This document shows positions 38,011-46,574 of a stretch of DNA of 64,000 bases, piece by piece (position 1 is the stretch's first letter; every line of letters begins with the position of its first letter). The position numbers and the translations under genes were made by a program. The stretch is from a virus (lineage: Duplodnaviria > Caudoviricetes): positions 6,378 to 70,377 of IMG/VR virus record IMGVR_UViG_3300047292_000147. The stretch is one strand, 5' to 3'. Below the pieces are notes generated by a model. The model ran no database searches, had not been told where the DNA came from, and worked only from the letters and a program-made list of their open reading frames with translations.

Positions 38011-38493
38011 ATGTTGCCCATCATTGCTTCCATTGTTTCCGGCCTGATCTCCAACGGTCTGCCCAAAGTGGCAGACGCTGTTCTTGAGAAAGGCGTGGAT
38101 TACGTTCAGGACAAGATGGGCATCGAGCTCAAACCTGAAGGTCAAGCCACCAAGGAGGACTACGCCAAGATCCAGGCTGAAGCCATGAAGCACGAAGAAT
38201 TCATGGCCGAGATTGATCTGAAGAACATGCAGGGCGCACGAGACATGCAGCTCAAGGCCATGGACTCTGATGATCCACTGGTCCGTCGCTTCGTCTATTT
38301 CTTCATTGGCTTCTGGTCTTTGCTGTCTGCTCTGTACATTGGCTTCATCACCTTCGGCTACATCCCAGAGCAGAACATCCGATTTGCTGACACGATCCTT
38401 GGTTTTGTCCTGGGAACGATGGTCGCATCGATGTTTCAGTTCCTGCTGGGCTCTTCGCTGGGTAGCCGAAACAAGGACGGGGCCAAGAAATGA
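38011..38493 (+). CDS. Putative holin
   Basis: Coiled N-terminal part, two TM helices and FLLGSSLGSRNKD end; directly upstream of the endolysin. Confidence 0.6.
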   Translation: MLPIIASIVSGLISNGLPKVADAVLEKGVDYVQDKMGIELKPEGQATKEDYAKIQAEAMKHEEFMAEIDLKNMQGARDMQLKAMDSDDPLVRRFVYFFIGFWSLLSALYIGFITFGYIPEQNIRFADTILGFVLGTMVASMFQFLLGSSLGSRNKDGAKK

Positions 38494-39149
38494 TTCCTAC
38501 TCACCAACATCTGATCGCTGCAGGGGTCAAGCCAGCTCTTGCTGACCAGTGGACCAAAGCCGTGCAGGTAGCCTGTGCGGAGTTTGGGATCAACACTGCC
38601 AAAAGCATTGCTGCGTTCCTGGGCCAGTGTGCACATGAGACCGGTGGTTTTACCACGCTCGAGGAAAACCTCAACTATTCAGCCGACACCATGGCTGCAG
38701 TCTGGCCGAACCGCTTTGCGGTTCTAGGCCCAGACAAGAAGCCGGTGAAGGTCAAAGGAAAGAACCAGCCCAACAAGTTTGCGCTGGCCTTGCATCGTCA
38801 GCCTGAAGCCATTGCCAATGTGGTTTACAGCAACCGCATGGGGAATGGCTCGATCGAGTCTGGGGAAGGGTGGCTGTTCAGAGGCAGGGGTCTGAAGCAG
38901 CTGACCGGCCAGGACAACTACAAACGCTGTGGCCAGGCCTTGGGCATCGAGTTGGTTTACTCGCCTGATTTGTTGCTGTCTCCAGCACAAGCTGCACGCT
39001 CTGCTGCTTGGTTCTATAGGAACAACAAGATCAGTGAGTTTGCTGACAAGTGGGACTTGGAAGGCATGACCAAGAAGATCAACGGTGGCCTGATTGGATT
39101 CGAAGACCGCAAGAAGCGCTGCAATGCAGTGCTGTCTTGCATGGCTTAG
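38490..39149 (+). CDS. Glycoside hydrolase family 19 endolysin
   Basis: FLGQCAHETGGF..LEENLNYS, FRGRGLKQLTG..NY, TKKINGG..G.EDR. Confidence 0.9.
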   Translation: MIPTHQHLIAAGVKPALADQWTKAVQVACAEFGINTAKSIAAFLGQCAHETGGFTTLEENLNYSADTMAAVWPNRFAVLGPDKKPVKVKGKNQPNKFALALHRQPEAIANVVYSNRMGNGSIESGEGWLFRGRGLKQLTGQDNYKRCGQALGIELVYSPDLLLSPAQAARSAAWFYRNNKISEFADKWDLEGMTKKINGGLIGFEDRKKRCNAVLSCMA

Positions 39150-39337
39150 ATCTCAGGCAAGCTGATCCTCTGATAGACCTCTGTCAGGGTCGGTTCATTG
39201 AACTTGGGGTTCAGGGTTTGATGGACATCTTCAGACGGCTGGTTCAACACCGGCCGTTTGTATTTTCGGTCCCGGTAATCGATGGCGATCTTGGGCACGT
39301 AGTCCTTGCTGAACGGGTTGACGATTGGCTTGGTCAT
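39146..39337 (-). CDS. Small hypothetical protein
   Basis: ATG coupled to the upstream stop; convergent with the endolysin. Confidence 0.45.
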   Translation of the reverse strand: MTKPIVNPFSKDYVPKIAIDYRDRKYKRPVLNQPSEDVHQTLNPKFNEPTLTEVYQRISLPEI

Positions 39338-39549
39338 CGAGGGATCTCTCCGTGGAAGTACTTCATGGGTTGTGGGATCAGCTCGTTGCAGAAAACCTTG
39401 GAGATCTTGCTGACCCAGGGCTGTTCAGGGTCGAAGTACAGAACCCTTACCCGCTGGCCGGATTCGAGCGCCAGGACGTTCTTTCCGTTGAGGTGGTACC
39501 GATGCCCCTGCTGAGCCTTTTTCGTGCCTTGTGGGCTGTTCTGGCTCAT
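39334..39549 (-). CDS. Small hypothetical protein (71 aa)
   Basis: Start at MSQNSPQ with ATGA overlap. Confidence 0.5.
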   Translation of the reverse strand: MSQNSPQGTKKAQQGHRYHLNGKNVLALESGQRVRVLYFDPEQPWVSKISKVFCNELIPQPMKYFHGEIPR

Positions 39550-39653
39550 GCGTAGGCTTTCATGAAGTCCATGGTCACGTTGACCCAGAAGGCCAGACCA
39601 GTGAAGGCGCAGAAATGCCAGCAGGCCTGCATCCAGTGAGGGGTTTTGTTCAT
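39546..39653 (-). CDS. 35-aa hydrophobic peptide (MNKTPHWMQACWHFCAFTGLAFWVNVTMDFMKAYA)
   Basis: Read manually; overlap-coupled to both neighbours. Confidence 0.4.
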   Translation of the reverse strand: MNKTPHWMQACWHFCAFTGLAFWVNVTMDFMKAYA

Positions 39654-39862
39654 TTGTGGTCTTTCCAGATGGCATCCACCGTTCTCTGGGCCACGTTGTC
39701 ACTGCTGCACATGCCGAAGATGATCGAGCAGCAGCGTTTGCGTTCGGCTTCTTGGGCTAGGGAGATGGCCTTTGTGACGGCTTCACGGGCGTAGCTGTCG
39801 AGCTGATCCCAGCAGCCTTGGGCTGTCAGACCAGAGTGGTAGAGGATGTCATCGGTGGTCAT
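39650..39862 (-). CDS. Small hypothetical protein
   Basis: MTTDDILYHSG...; coupled to the downstream ORF. Confidence 0.45.
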   Translation of the reverse strand: MTTDDILYHSGLTAQGCWDQLDSYAREAVTKAISLAQEAERKRCCSIIFGMCSSDNVAQRTVDAIWKDHK

Positions 39863-39864
39863 GA

Positions 39865-40128
39865 ATAGTACAAAGCTGGTTCGATAGTACAAAGCAAAGA
39901 AAAAGGGCCTGAGTCGTTAGACCCAAGCCCTTGAATTTACTACCTTTTTTGGCGCGCCCGGCAGGATTCGAACCCACGACCCCTTGGTTCGTAGCCAGCT
40001 GGTCCCGGAGCCAGATTCATCCAAGAAATCAAGACCTTGGGTTGGCCAAGCTGTACTACCCAAGGGACTTAGGCTTAGGAGGTAAGTCATTGATTTTTTG
40101 GAAGGTCTCTTCTGGCGATAGTACAAGC
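39865..40128. mobile_element. attP site (core, arm-type repeats, IHF sites)
   Basis: Core 39950-39997 is the 3' 48 nt of a tRNA-Arg(ACG) on the minus strand (TGGCTACGAACC...GGTTCGAATCC...CGCCA) with no 5' half. TAGTACA repeats flank it, and WATCAANNNNTTR matches at 40027-40039 (+) and 40083-40095 (-). Confidence 0.85.
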
Positions 40129-40132
40129 CAAG

Positions 40133-40375
40133 CTACCTTCGGGCGATCCAGCCGACAGGCTCTTCCTCACCCGTCTGCAGCTTCTTGAACTCAGCATCAG
40201 CCAAGGCACGATCCTGGAAGCAGAAGCGTTTGCCCCAGCCGTACAGGTTCAGGTCCATGTAGATGGCCTTGGTGAAAAGCAAGTTGCCTATGCCAACCAG
40301 GGTGCCGTCATCCAGTGCACGGACATCCAGGTAGTCACCCAGAGCCTTGATCTCTTCGAGCAGCTTGTCAGTCAC
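40133..40375 (-). CDS. Small conserved phage protein
   Basis: ATG start, operon-coupled downstream of the integrase. Confidence 0.55.
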   Translation of the reverse strand: MTDKLLEEIKALGDYLDVRALDDGTLVGIGNLLFTKAIYMDLNLYGWGKRFCFQDRALADAEFKKLQTGEEEPVGWIARR

Positions 40376-40515
40376 CGCATGGCCCTCAGCTTAAGCATGT
40401 AGCCCTCAGTGTAGACCTTGGCCCAGTCTTCCAGCTTGTTGAAAGCCAGAGCCAAGGGAAGGTACTGCATCAGCTCTTTGAGATTGGCATCAACTCTTTG
40501 GACTTGTTGGTTCAT
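40372..40515 (-). CDS. 47-aa hypothetical protein (MNQQVQRVDANLKELMQYLP...)
   Basis: Read manually; GGAG Shine-Dalgarno; stop overlaps the next start. Confidence 0.45.
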   Translation of the reverse strand: MNQQVQRVDANLKELMQYLPLALAFNKLEDWAKVYTEGYMLKLRAMR

Positions 40516-40516
40516 G

Positions 40517-40843
40517 TCAGTCTCCTTTGGCTTTGTATTCTTTGATGAGTCGATTCATCCACTTGAGTCGGTGTTTTTGCACACGCTCTGTTGTTAGTTC
40601 TGTTCCGGGTATGCCGGCTCCATATTGAAGCCAAACATTCAAGTTGTTCCAAGGAAACAATCGAGCCTCAATGACATCACGGCATCTTTGGTGCATGTTC
40701 AGAACATATTGTTTTTGTTGATTTTTTGCTGCATACAGAATGGCATAGCAGATGTACTCGGACTTATCACAGTCAAGTTCATAATCGTCTTTGCCATCCC
40801 ATAGGTATTTTTTGCCTTTGGCAATCAGTTCTGATGTTTTCAC
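40517..40843 (-). CDS. Hypothetical protein
   Basis: AGGA Shine-Dalgarno; follows the integrase. Confidence 0.55.
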   Translation of the reverse strand: MKTSELIAKGKKYLWDGKDDYELDCDKSEYICYAILYAAKNQQKQYVLNMHQRCRDVIEARLFPWNNLNVWLQYGAGIPGTELTTERVQKHRLKWMNRLIKEYKAKGD

Positions 40844-40849
40844 ATGTTC

Positions 40850-41938
40850 CTATCTGAGGGGCTTTACCACCTCTGCTTTGCGTCTGTAGATCCGATCGGT
40901 GGTTCTGCTATCCGCATGAGCCAACAGCGATCGAGCGTGTTCAAGTGTTCCAGCGTCACTGGCTACCTTGGCTCTCAAGTCATGTTCGGTGAAGTGATTC
41001 TCCACTTTGGTTTCCTTGATCACCCGTTCCATGTAGCGTTGCCACATTGATTTCCAGCCAGGTGCTTTGCCTGTCTCATCATTGATGTAGCACTGTCCTT
41101 CACGATTGCAGAACAGAAAGATCGATGGAAACGATCGAGATTGCTTGGCCATTGCGACAGCAGCACGCAGCTCAGGAGTCCATTGATAGATGGTCCTCTT
41201 GCCGGTAGTGGCTGCAGTCTTGTGGCGTTGATTGTGGATGCCGTCTTCTTTGAGTTGGTTCTCTTGAAGGCGAAGCAAGTCACCTTGCGACATGCCAGTC
41301 AGCAGCTTTAATCTCAGGTAAGCCTGGATCATCAGCACGCTGCCTTTCTTTCTCTTTGAATCCAGAGAAAGCGCTTCAACGATTTCCCAATCTTCAACGT
41401 AGCGATCTCTCGGAGTTTCTCCCTTCAGACGCACTTCGTTCTTGAATGGATGGCGATCGATGTATCCCCATTCCACGGCTTTGGTGTAGGCATGGGACAG
41501 CAGCTCGATTTCACGATGAGCCGCAATGCGACCACCCGTCACCTTGCCTGTCTTGGGATCTTTCTTTTTTACACTCCTGCGATCCACATACTGGTAGACC
41601 AGCTGAGGAGCAAAAAGAAGAAGGGGTTGGTTACCAAACACCCGGCGAAGCACGACCATCTGAACGAGATTGCTTTGCTGGCTTGCTGCAGCTTTGGCAG
41701 GGATAACTTCGAGTGCATAGCGATCGAGTAGCTCACCAACCGTTTTTGCTTGAGTTGGTTTTTGAAGCCGATCCGACCAGACTTTGTAGGCTTCATTGAG
41801 TTTCTCTCCCAGACGGAATGTTTTCTTGCCTTCCCACAGGTGCTCAAGACCAGGCGGAACCTGGTAGTAGTAGGCACCGTGAGTATGTCTCCAGCGAGCC
41901 GGAAGACCTTGATTCTCTTTGCTGCGCTTGCGAGCCAT
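40850..41938 (-). CDS. int: Tyrosine recombinase (phage integrase, 362 aa)
   Basis: N-terminal arm-binding-like region; HKT, HDLR and LLAH..RTTDRIY motifs; the first catalytic Arg position reads TGMS; coupled to an excisionase and near an att core. Confidence 0.9.
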   Translation of the reverse strand: MARKRSKENQGLPARWRHTHGAYYYQVPPGLEHLWEGKKTFRLGEKLNEAYKVWSDRLQKPTQAKTVGELLDRYALEVIPAKAAASQQSNLVQMVVLRRVFGNQPLLLFAPQLVYQYVDRRSVKKKDPKTGKVTGGRIAAHREIELLSHAYTKAVEWGYIDRHPFKNEVRLKGETPRDRYVEDWEIVEALSLDSKRKKGSVLMIQAYLRLKLLTGMSQGDLLRLQENQLKEDGIHNQRHKTAATTGKRTIYQWTPELRAAVAMAKQSRSFPSIFLFCNREGQCYINDETGKAPGWKSMWQRYMERVIKETKVENHFTEHDLRAKVASDAGTLEHARSLLAHADSRTTDRIYRRKAEVVKPLR

Positions 41939-42159
41939 TACATTGCTTCCCAGTTAGGTTCAGCGTGTTTGGTTTGCTTCTTGGTTTCAGTGGAGCCATC
42001 AAACACCTTGGTGATGTGAGCACGCAGTATTGCGACGCTTCCATCTGGCCGTACACGGTGTTCGATGCCCATGGCTTTCAAGACCCTGACCTGTGCAGTG
42101 CGTACCTTGCGTTGGGTCAGAGCTTGGATTTCTTCAAAACTCAGAAAGGTGTCAGTCAC
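41938..42159 (-). CDS. xis: Excisionase-like winged HTH (DUF4224 type)
   Basis: FLSFEEIQALT.RK...QVRVLKAMGI.HRVRPDGSV pattern; TAATG-coupled to int. Confidence 0.75.
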   Translation of the reverse strand: MTDTFLSFEEIQALTQRKVRTAQVRVLKAMGIEHRVRPDGSVAILRAHITKVFDGSTETKKQTKHAEPNWEAM

Positions 42160-42472
42160 AGCCGATGTCTGCGTGTTTGTCGATCATGTAGTCAGCCCAA
42201 GCATCAGCCATCTGCTGCTCGACTTCATTGGTGTTGTCGTAGATCCGCTCGTCGATGTCTGAACCATCAAACAAGTTGGTAACGTCAACTCCTTTGTAGA
42301 AGCATTGAGCGCCTTCTGCAACAAGCCATTCATCAGGAGAGTCACTACCTTCAACGGAAAAGTAGACGGTGAAGTCTTCAATACCGCCCATGTTGAGACT
42401 CAGGCTGTACGGATGCTTGGTGGCTGCTTCAGATTCTTCAGTCAGGTTGTGGGGAAGGGTAGGTGCGTTCAT
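42152..42472 (-). CDS. Acidic hypothetical protein
   Basis: Operon-coupled. Confidence 0.5.
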   Translation of the reverse strand: MNAPTLPHNLTEESEAATKHPYSLSLNMGGIEDFTVYFSVEGSDSPDEWLVAEGAQCFYKGVDVTNLFDGSDIDERIYDNTNEVEQQMADAWADYMIDKHADIGCD

Positions 42473-42987
42473 GGTGTGACTTTGGGCATCTTGGGTTGGT
42501 TCTTGGGCCAGCCTGCCTTCACGAAGTCAGACAGGACATTGGCCACTGCAGGCAGTGAAGCAACAGCTTTGGATTCATCGGCCGGCAGATACTTCTCAAA
42601 CTCAGGCAGCAGATCCACGAGTGCTTTTCGAGTGGTGACAGCATCAGCTGCAGCAGTCAGTTTGATTTTCAGAGAGTTCATGCGTTCTGTTTGGTTGGAA
42701 AAGTCAACCAGCAATGCTTCCACTTGAGTATTCACGTTGGGAGAACGCACGTATTCAGGGTGCATTACACGCACGTTGCTGATGTGATAGCCCTGGATGT
42801 AGTGACTCTCTGTCTTCAAAAAGTGGCGCAGCTCTTTGTCTTGAGCAATGGCTTTGATCTTGGGTGGCAGCTTGGATATGGCATCGTCTTGGATTAGCTT
42901 GTGGATCTTGGCCTGGTAGTCTTCTTTGGGCACATCGTCCATGGCTGCACGGACAAAGGCTTCTCGGATTGTTTTGGTCAAACGCAT
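42469..42987 (-). CDS. Nmad5-like protein (nucleotide-modification-associated domain 5)
   Basis: MRLTK.IREAFVRAAMDDVPK...TTRKAL..LLPEFEKYLP pattern, recognised from memory. Confidence 0.55.
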   Translation of the reverse strand: MRLTKTIREAFVRAAMDDVPKEDYQAKIHKLIQDDAISKLPPKIKAIAQDKELRHFLKTESHYIQGYHISNVRVMHPEYVRSPNVNTQVEALLVDFSNQTERMNSLKIKLTAAADAVTTRKALVDLLPEFEKYLPADESKAVASLPAVANVLSDFVKAGWPKNQPKMPKVTP

Positions 42988-43007
42988 GGGATTCTTTCTG
43001 TAGAAAT

Positions 43008-43031
43008 AAAAAAGCCCTCCGAAGAGGGCTT
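43008..43031 (-). terminator. UUCG-loop terminator
   Basis: AAGCCCTC-TTCG-GAGGGCTT followed by TTTT on the minus strand. Confidence 0.85.
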
Positions 43032-43049
43032 GGTTAAGGTTGGAACGGA

Positions 43050-43409
43050 TCAACCCATTCGAAGGATCTCGACACCGGCATCAGTGCTGTTGGTAACGTA
43101 TGTCTCTTTGCCCCATTCACGACTGAGAGTCGAGCACACACCGGCACGAATATCGTCCGCTGGATACTTTCCAAAAGGAACAACTTGCACTGAACCAATG
43201 TTAGCATTGAAGTCGATAAACGGCCGGTAATAAGAAGAAAGCTCCCCGTAGGGATACTTGCGGGGAGCACGCTGTCGTTCTTGCTTGACAGCAACCTCTA
43301 AGCCGTTGCTTATGGTTTCGCCTTGTTCGGTAACGATGGCGTATTGAACACCAGAAGCCACAAGTAACTTGATGGCTTTGTTCAATGCGATAACTTGTAC
43401 CTCAGTCAT
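43050..43409 (-). CDS. Hypothetical protein
   Basis: ATGA overlap with the DNA polymerase stop. Confidence 0.6.
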   Translation of the reverse strand: MTEVQVIALNKAIKLLVASGVQYAIVTEQGETISNGLEVAVKQERQRAPRKYPYGELSSYYRPFIDFNANIGSVQVVPFGKYPADDIRAGVCSTLSREWGKETYVTNSTDAGVEILRMG

Positions 43410-46033
43410 GATGATTCTTTCTTGGAGCACAACTCCATAATGGTTTTTTGATCTGCGTTATTGGGCAGGGTGATTGCATGAGCCCAGTCGGGATAGAAGA
43501 TGTCCAAGGCAGCACCCAGCTTCACAGTCGGGTGTTGGATCTCAGGCAGCTCTTGCCACTGCATGGACTTGATTAGCTCACGATTGGCAAACTCGACTAC
43601 CTCCACATCGTTGCGGATGAGGATGTAGATTGCGTCGTGAATCAGAGCTACTGGTTTGATGTCGTAGCGGTATTTCGATGCCCAGACTTTGCGCATGAAG
43701 TCCACTGCAGCACGGTTGTTGAGCAAGCCATAGGATTGACCCAGAGCATTGCCGGCAGTCCTGCCTTCAGCCGAAGCTTCGTAGGGCATGCCACGGGTGC
43801 CATAGATCACCTGCTTGAGCAGAGGAGTCCTGACACGCAGTCCAAAAGCCACTTCCACATAGCCGTCCATTGAGGCCTGCTTCAGGCGCTCTTGAACGTA
43901 GGCATCTGACACCTGGTAGAGATCGTGGTATCCCTTCTCGATGGCTTTGGATTTCTCCTCGGACCAACCCAGGTTGCTCATCATCCCGTGGTAGGTACCG
44001 CCGTAGGTGAGCAGGAAGGTTGGAGCTTTGGAGTCCTGACGCAGCTCTGGATACTTCTTCTTGATTGTGTTGACCGAAGAAGGATCGTCAAGATCGATCT
44101 CGGGACACTGATCACGGAAGTAATAGGCTGCACGCAGTGAGTGGCCGTCGAAGCCACGCTCATAAACCGCAAGCTTGTTGGGATCCTTGGTGGTCAGTGC
44201 AGAGATGTAGTCTTCAAGCGAGTTGAAGTCTGCACCTGCAAATAGCCAACCAGGTGGAGCCTGGAAGCATGTCTTGATCACCTTGCCGAAGTCAGACCCA
44301 GCAGGCAGGTTCTGCATGTTGGGATCACTCGAGCTTAGTCGGCCGGAGACCGTACCACCCAGATTGAAGCTGCCATGCAGGTATCGCATGCCGTCTTCTT
44401 TGAGGATGCCTCGCTCGAAAGCAGGGATGAACGTAGAGAGGATTTTCGTGACCTTGCCGTAGCCGATCAGCGCATTGAGTAGCTCCTTGTAGGCAGGCTC
44501 CTCAGTGTGGTTGATCAGCTTCTCGATCGTCTCGGCACCAGTGGCAGGTTGCTTGGTGTCGGTGAGATCGAGCACTGGCAAGCCCATCAGCTCATAGAGC
44601 AAACGCTGCAGCTGAGGACCAGAGTTCGGATTGAACTCCATGTCTTCGAATGCAGCCTTGTTCTTGGGCAGGATCTTCCCAGGGTTCTTGGCTTTGGCTT
44701 TCCGGTCTTCGTAGTCTTTATTCCAGGCAGTCTCCTGAAGCAGCAGTTCCAGCATTTTGATGACGCCGCTGGTTTTGATCTTTGTGAGGTGGGACTGCTG
44801 CTCTTCATGGAGCGCATGCTTCACTTCTACGATCTTGCTGTCGTTCATGGGCATGCCACTCAACTCGATCTGCATGATCAGCTTTAGGCTTGGCAGCATC
44901 AGCGATCGGTACAGGTCCAGCTGGTTGTCTCTGACCATCACAGGCCAGAATTTCTCTTTGACGTAGTGAGTGGACAGGGCATCGACCAAGTTGTACTCGA
45001 GCAGCTCCTTCAGAGGAATCTTGCGGATGTCTTTGATGTCGTCCTTGGCCCAGTTGCCTGCGAACTCATGAGCCAGTGGCTTCAATCCCAGCACGTTGCC
45101 GGCAGTGGAATTGGTGGCCAGGTAGGCGATGATCTTGGTGTCATTCATCCTGGCGGCCATGATGTCCAGACCTTCCAACAGACCCACGGTGTCCAGTAGG
45201 TCAGTCATCCACAGTGCATGGATGATGGCTTTCACATCGTAGGGTGCGTTGTGGAAAGTCAGCTCACCTTTGTAGTCCATGAAGAACTGCAGCAGTACTG
45301 CACGCACCTCACGGTTTGTACCTTGCCAACCGTAAAAGCCATCAGCAGGCCGTAGTGCATAGGTCTTGTAATCGCACGCAAAGGCAATGCCGTTGTGCTT
45401 GTCCCATGCAAAGGCAATGGTGCCGATCCCCGCCTCATTGAAAGCTAGCGAGAAGCCCTCGATGTCACAGGTGAGGTCTGGGTACTGATGCAGCGATTGA
45501 AGGGCTGCAGCGATCTCTGTGACCGTCTCAGGGTACTGAGCCGAGTGAATGATGTTGGAACCAATGGCTTGGTAGTTGCCAGCCACACCTGAAGCCAGGG
45601 TGTATAGACTCAGGTCTAGCTTGGCTTGCAGCTGCGGGTTGTAGATCAGCTGCTGGTAGTTCAGACCCAGCACAACGGACATGTGCTCGTAGCCCTTGAT
45701 CTTGCAAGGGAGCACATAGCCGAAGTGAGGGTCTGCCTTACCTTGACCTGTGAGGGTCTTGAAGTAGTTTGCGTCTGCAACATACAGATGCTTGACACCC
45801 AGGCTGTCCAAGGCAGGCAAGAGCTTGCTCAGATAGTCCTTGATGAACTGAGCTGGCGCTTTGCCTTCCGAGTTGTAGTCCAGGGTGAAAGCAATCATCT
45901 CTTCTTCAGCGATGCCACGTTTGATCAGAGGATCAACGTAATTGATTCGGAGCTCGTGCTTGCTGAAAGAAGTGCCTTTCGACAGAAGAGCAATGCTGTA
46001 AGTGTTGGCTTCTTTGAAGATGATGTGACGCAT
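43406..46033 (-). CDS. Family A DNA polymerase (N4 gp39-like)
   Basis: ExoI CDIEG, ExoIII YNLVDA, TVSGRLSSSDPNMQNLP, motif A GADFNSLE, motif B RQDSKAPTFLLTYGG, motif C IHDAIY. Confidence 0.95.
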   Translation of the reverse strand: MRHIIFKEANTYSIALLSKGTSFSKHELRINYVDPLIKRGIAEEEMIAFTLDYNSEGKAPAQFIKDYLSKLLPALDSLGVKHLYVADANYFKTLTGQGKADPHFGYVLPCKIKGYEHMSVVLGLNYQQLIYNPQLQAKLDLSLYTLASGVAGNYQAIGSNIIHSAQYPETVTEIAAALQSLHQYPDLTCDIEGFSLAFNEAGIGTIAFAWDKHNGIAFACDYKTYALRPADGFYGWQGTNREVRAVLLQFFMDYKGELTFHNAPYDVKAIIHALWMTDLLDTVGLLEGLDIMAARMNDTKIIAYLATNSTAGNVLGLKPLAHEFAGNWAKDDIKDIRKIPLKELLEYNLVDALSTHYVKEKFWPVMVRDNQLDLYRSLMLPSLKLIMQIELSGMPMNDSKIVEVKHALHEEQQSHLTKIKTSGVIKMLELLLQETAWNKDYEDRKAKAKNPGKILPKNKAAFEDMEFNPNSGPQLQRLLYELMGLPVLDLTDTKQPATGAETIEKLINHTEEPAYKELLNALIGYGKVTKILSTFIPAFERGILKEDGMRYLHGSFNLGGTVSGRLSSSDPNMQNLPAGSDFGKVIKTCFQAPPGWLFAGADFNSLEDYISALTTKDPNKLAVYERGFDGHSLRAAYYFRDQCPEIDLDDPSSVNTIKKKYPELRQDSKAPTFLLTYGGTYHGMMSNLGWSEEKSKAIEKGYHDLYQVSDAYVQERLKQASMDGYVEVAFGLRVRTPLLKQVIYGTRGMPYEASAEGRTAGNALGQSYGLLNNRAAVDFMRKVWASKYRYDIKPVALIHDAIYILIRNDVEVVEFANRELIKSMQWQELPEIQHPTVKLGAALDIFYPDWAHAITLPNNADQKTIMELCSKKESS

Positions 46034-46041
46034 GTAGTTCC

Positions 46042-46557
46042 TTAAATGAGCAAGTTTGTGACCATCCTTGCTTTCATCATGTTGATCGGTGCCTGATTCT
46101 TTTCACGCAGTTCAAGGATTTTCTCATCGGTGAGCTGCTTGGCTTGGCACGGGCAGGTGGCAATCAGTTTTTCCAGAGGCTGATGAATGGACTCGGGGAA
46201 GATGTGCAGATAGTCCTGCAGATCATTCGAGGCATTCAGCACCTGGTTGATGAAGCCAATGACGAATGGCAGCTCTCTCTCATTGAGTTGCTTGAGATCG
46301 AAGAGATACTCATCCATGGCGGGTTTCAACTGAGGGATCAGTCGATTCCACTTGCGGGGAGCAGACCCGCTGTCACAGCTGTAGTGCACACCCTTGTAGT
46401 TGAAAGACTTGTGGGAGTAGCCCCCCAGCAGGGTGTTGCGAACGATCAGTACTTCCAGCCGACTCTTGAACTGATTCTCTACCGGGCGGTAGAGGAAGTC
46501 GTAAAGCGTGTCCTTGATCAGCTGCTTGGTGCGCGGATCATGTTGAAGCTGTTCCAT
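46042..46557 (-). CDS. N4 gp38-position hypothetical protein
   Basis: Lies between helicase and polymerase, as in N4. Confidence 0.6.
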   Translation of the reverse strand: MEQLQHDPRTKQLIKDTLYDFLYRPVENQFKSRLEVLIVRNTLLGGYSHKSFNYKGVHYSCDSGSAPRKWNRLIPQLKPAMDEYLFDLKQLNERELPFVIGFINQVLNASNDLQDYLHIFPESIHQPLEKLIATCPCQAKQLTDEKILELREKNQAPINMMKARMVTNLLI

Positions 46558-46574
46558 GGTTTTCTCATTGAGGT

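Noticed and set aside
39950-39997. tRNA-Arg(ACG) gene
   Set aside because: Only the anticodon-to-CCA part is present. The D-arm and 5' acceptor strand are missing, so it is treated as an att core.
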